Virus record (IMG/VR): IMGVR_UViG_2897358383_000001
Span: 1 to 5,193 of that record
Source: a virus
Taxonomy: Duplodnaviria; Heunggongvirae; Uroviricota; Caudoviricetes
Reading direction: 5' to 3' (one strand)
DNA: 5,193 bases
The translations under genes were made by a program, and so were the position numbers. Of the stretch, positions 4,702-5,193 are shown piece by piece. Position 1 is the first letter of the stretch, and the number at the start of each line of letters is the position of its first letter. The notes under the pieces are model-generated. The model searched no databases. It was not told the DNA's origin and saw only the letters and a program-made list of their open reading frames with translations.

Positions 4702-5193
4702 ATGGAACAGTTCAATATCAATAAAGGGGTGACGATCAAGCCTGGGCTTGACGTGCTTCCCCCGCCAGTGACTGATGATGAATATCGCGCATTAATGGCC
4801 GGTGAGGACCGCTATCTGATGACGGAATCCAACACCCTGGAGGAAATCGAGGCTACGTTCTTCTATGACACGCCGATCCACTGGTGTGCTACGGATTTAC
4901 TGGAGGCGATTAGTTCTACTCGTTTGCAGTTACACCGGACCATGCAGGCATTTGTCCGGGCATTGAACCAGAAGCTGAATGGTACCGGAATCTCTGCGGG
5001 GAGTGATAAAACGGGGGATGTGGCCCAGAGCGGCGCGCGCGCGATCGGCGGTGCTGAAATTGGCCGGGCACGGAACGTTAACGGGCTGCCGGTCCTGCCA
5101 GCCATTATTCCGCTCAGTGATGGTCAGACTATCAGCATTCTGTTTCATAGCCCGACAGCGGAAAACCGGATCACCAATAGCGATACGCTGGTT
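4702..5193 (+). CDS. Hypothetical protein, 3'-truncated by the window (at least 164 codons)
   Basis: ATG 4702 is 1 nt after the upstream TAA with AGGAAA 5 nt upstream. Frame is open to the window end (MEQFNINKGVTIKPGLDVLPPPVTDDEYRALMAGEDRY...). It is absent from the ORF track only because no stop falls inside the window. Confidence 0.65.
   Translation, partial: MEQFNINKGVTIKPGLDVLPPPVTDDEYRALMAGEDRYLMTESNTLEEIEATFFYDTPIHWCATDLLEAISSTRLQLHRTMQAFVRALNQKLNGTGISAGSDKTGDVAQSGARAIGGAEIGRARNVNGLPVLPAIIPLSDGQTISILFHSPTAENRITNSDTLV

Noticed and set aside
3233-5148. Minus-strand ORFs 3233-3574, 3746-4054, 4044-4397, 4094-4291, 4554-4739, 4863-5105 and 4930-5148
   Set aside because: All are antisense to better-supported + strand genes that have ribosome-binding sites and translational coupling; they lack ribosome-binding sites and have implausible compositions.
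1-5193. CRISPR arrays, tRNA or rRNA genes, integrase or transposase genes
   Set aside because: No regularly spaced short repeats, no cloverleaf-like or rRNA-like segments, and no ORF with recombinase or transposase motifs other than the serine invertase.

Overview
This window looks like part of a tailed-phage genome (prophage or phage-plasmid) of the Mu/P1/e14/p15B type from an enterobacterium. Positions 1-1941 are the right-hand portion of an invertible tail-fibre host-range region: an expressed-orientation fibre C-terminal cassette (A, + strand, runs in from upstream), a tail-fibre assembly chaperone gene that is broken by frameshifts, and two silent fibre cassettes in tandem on the - strand (B, degenerate; C, intact). 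B and C each begin at a near-identical ~140-bp module ending in a hix/gix/cix-like crossover site. An intact serine DNA invertase of the Gin/Cin/Pin/Hin family follows at 1996-2568, 55 bp beyond the outer crossover site. After a 435-bp non-coding gap, a co-directional + strand cluster encodes two paralogous small holin-like membrane proteins, a 147-aa protein with an N-terminal membrane anchor, a ~200-aa Lys-rich coiled-coil protein, and the start of a larger protein that runs off the window. The points most worth a second look are the three-cassette, single-chaperone layout with directly repeated crossover modules (a Min-type multiple-inversion arrangement), the clustering of every frame disruption in 650-1450, and the tandem holin paralogues with a hairpin over the second one's ribosome-binding site. 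Nothing here can be called a new system from sequence alone; all calls rest on reading the sequence by eye and on recalled family features, with no database search.
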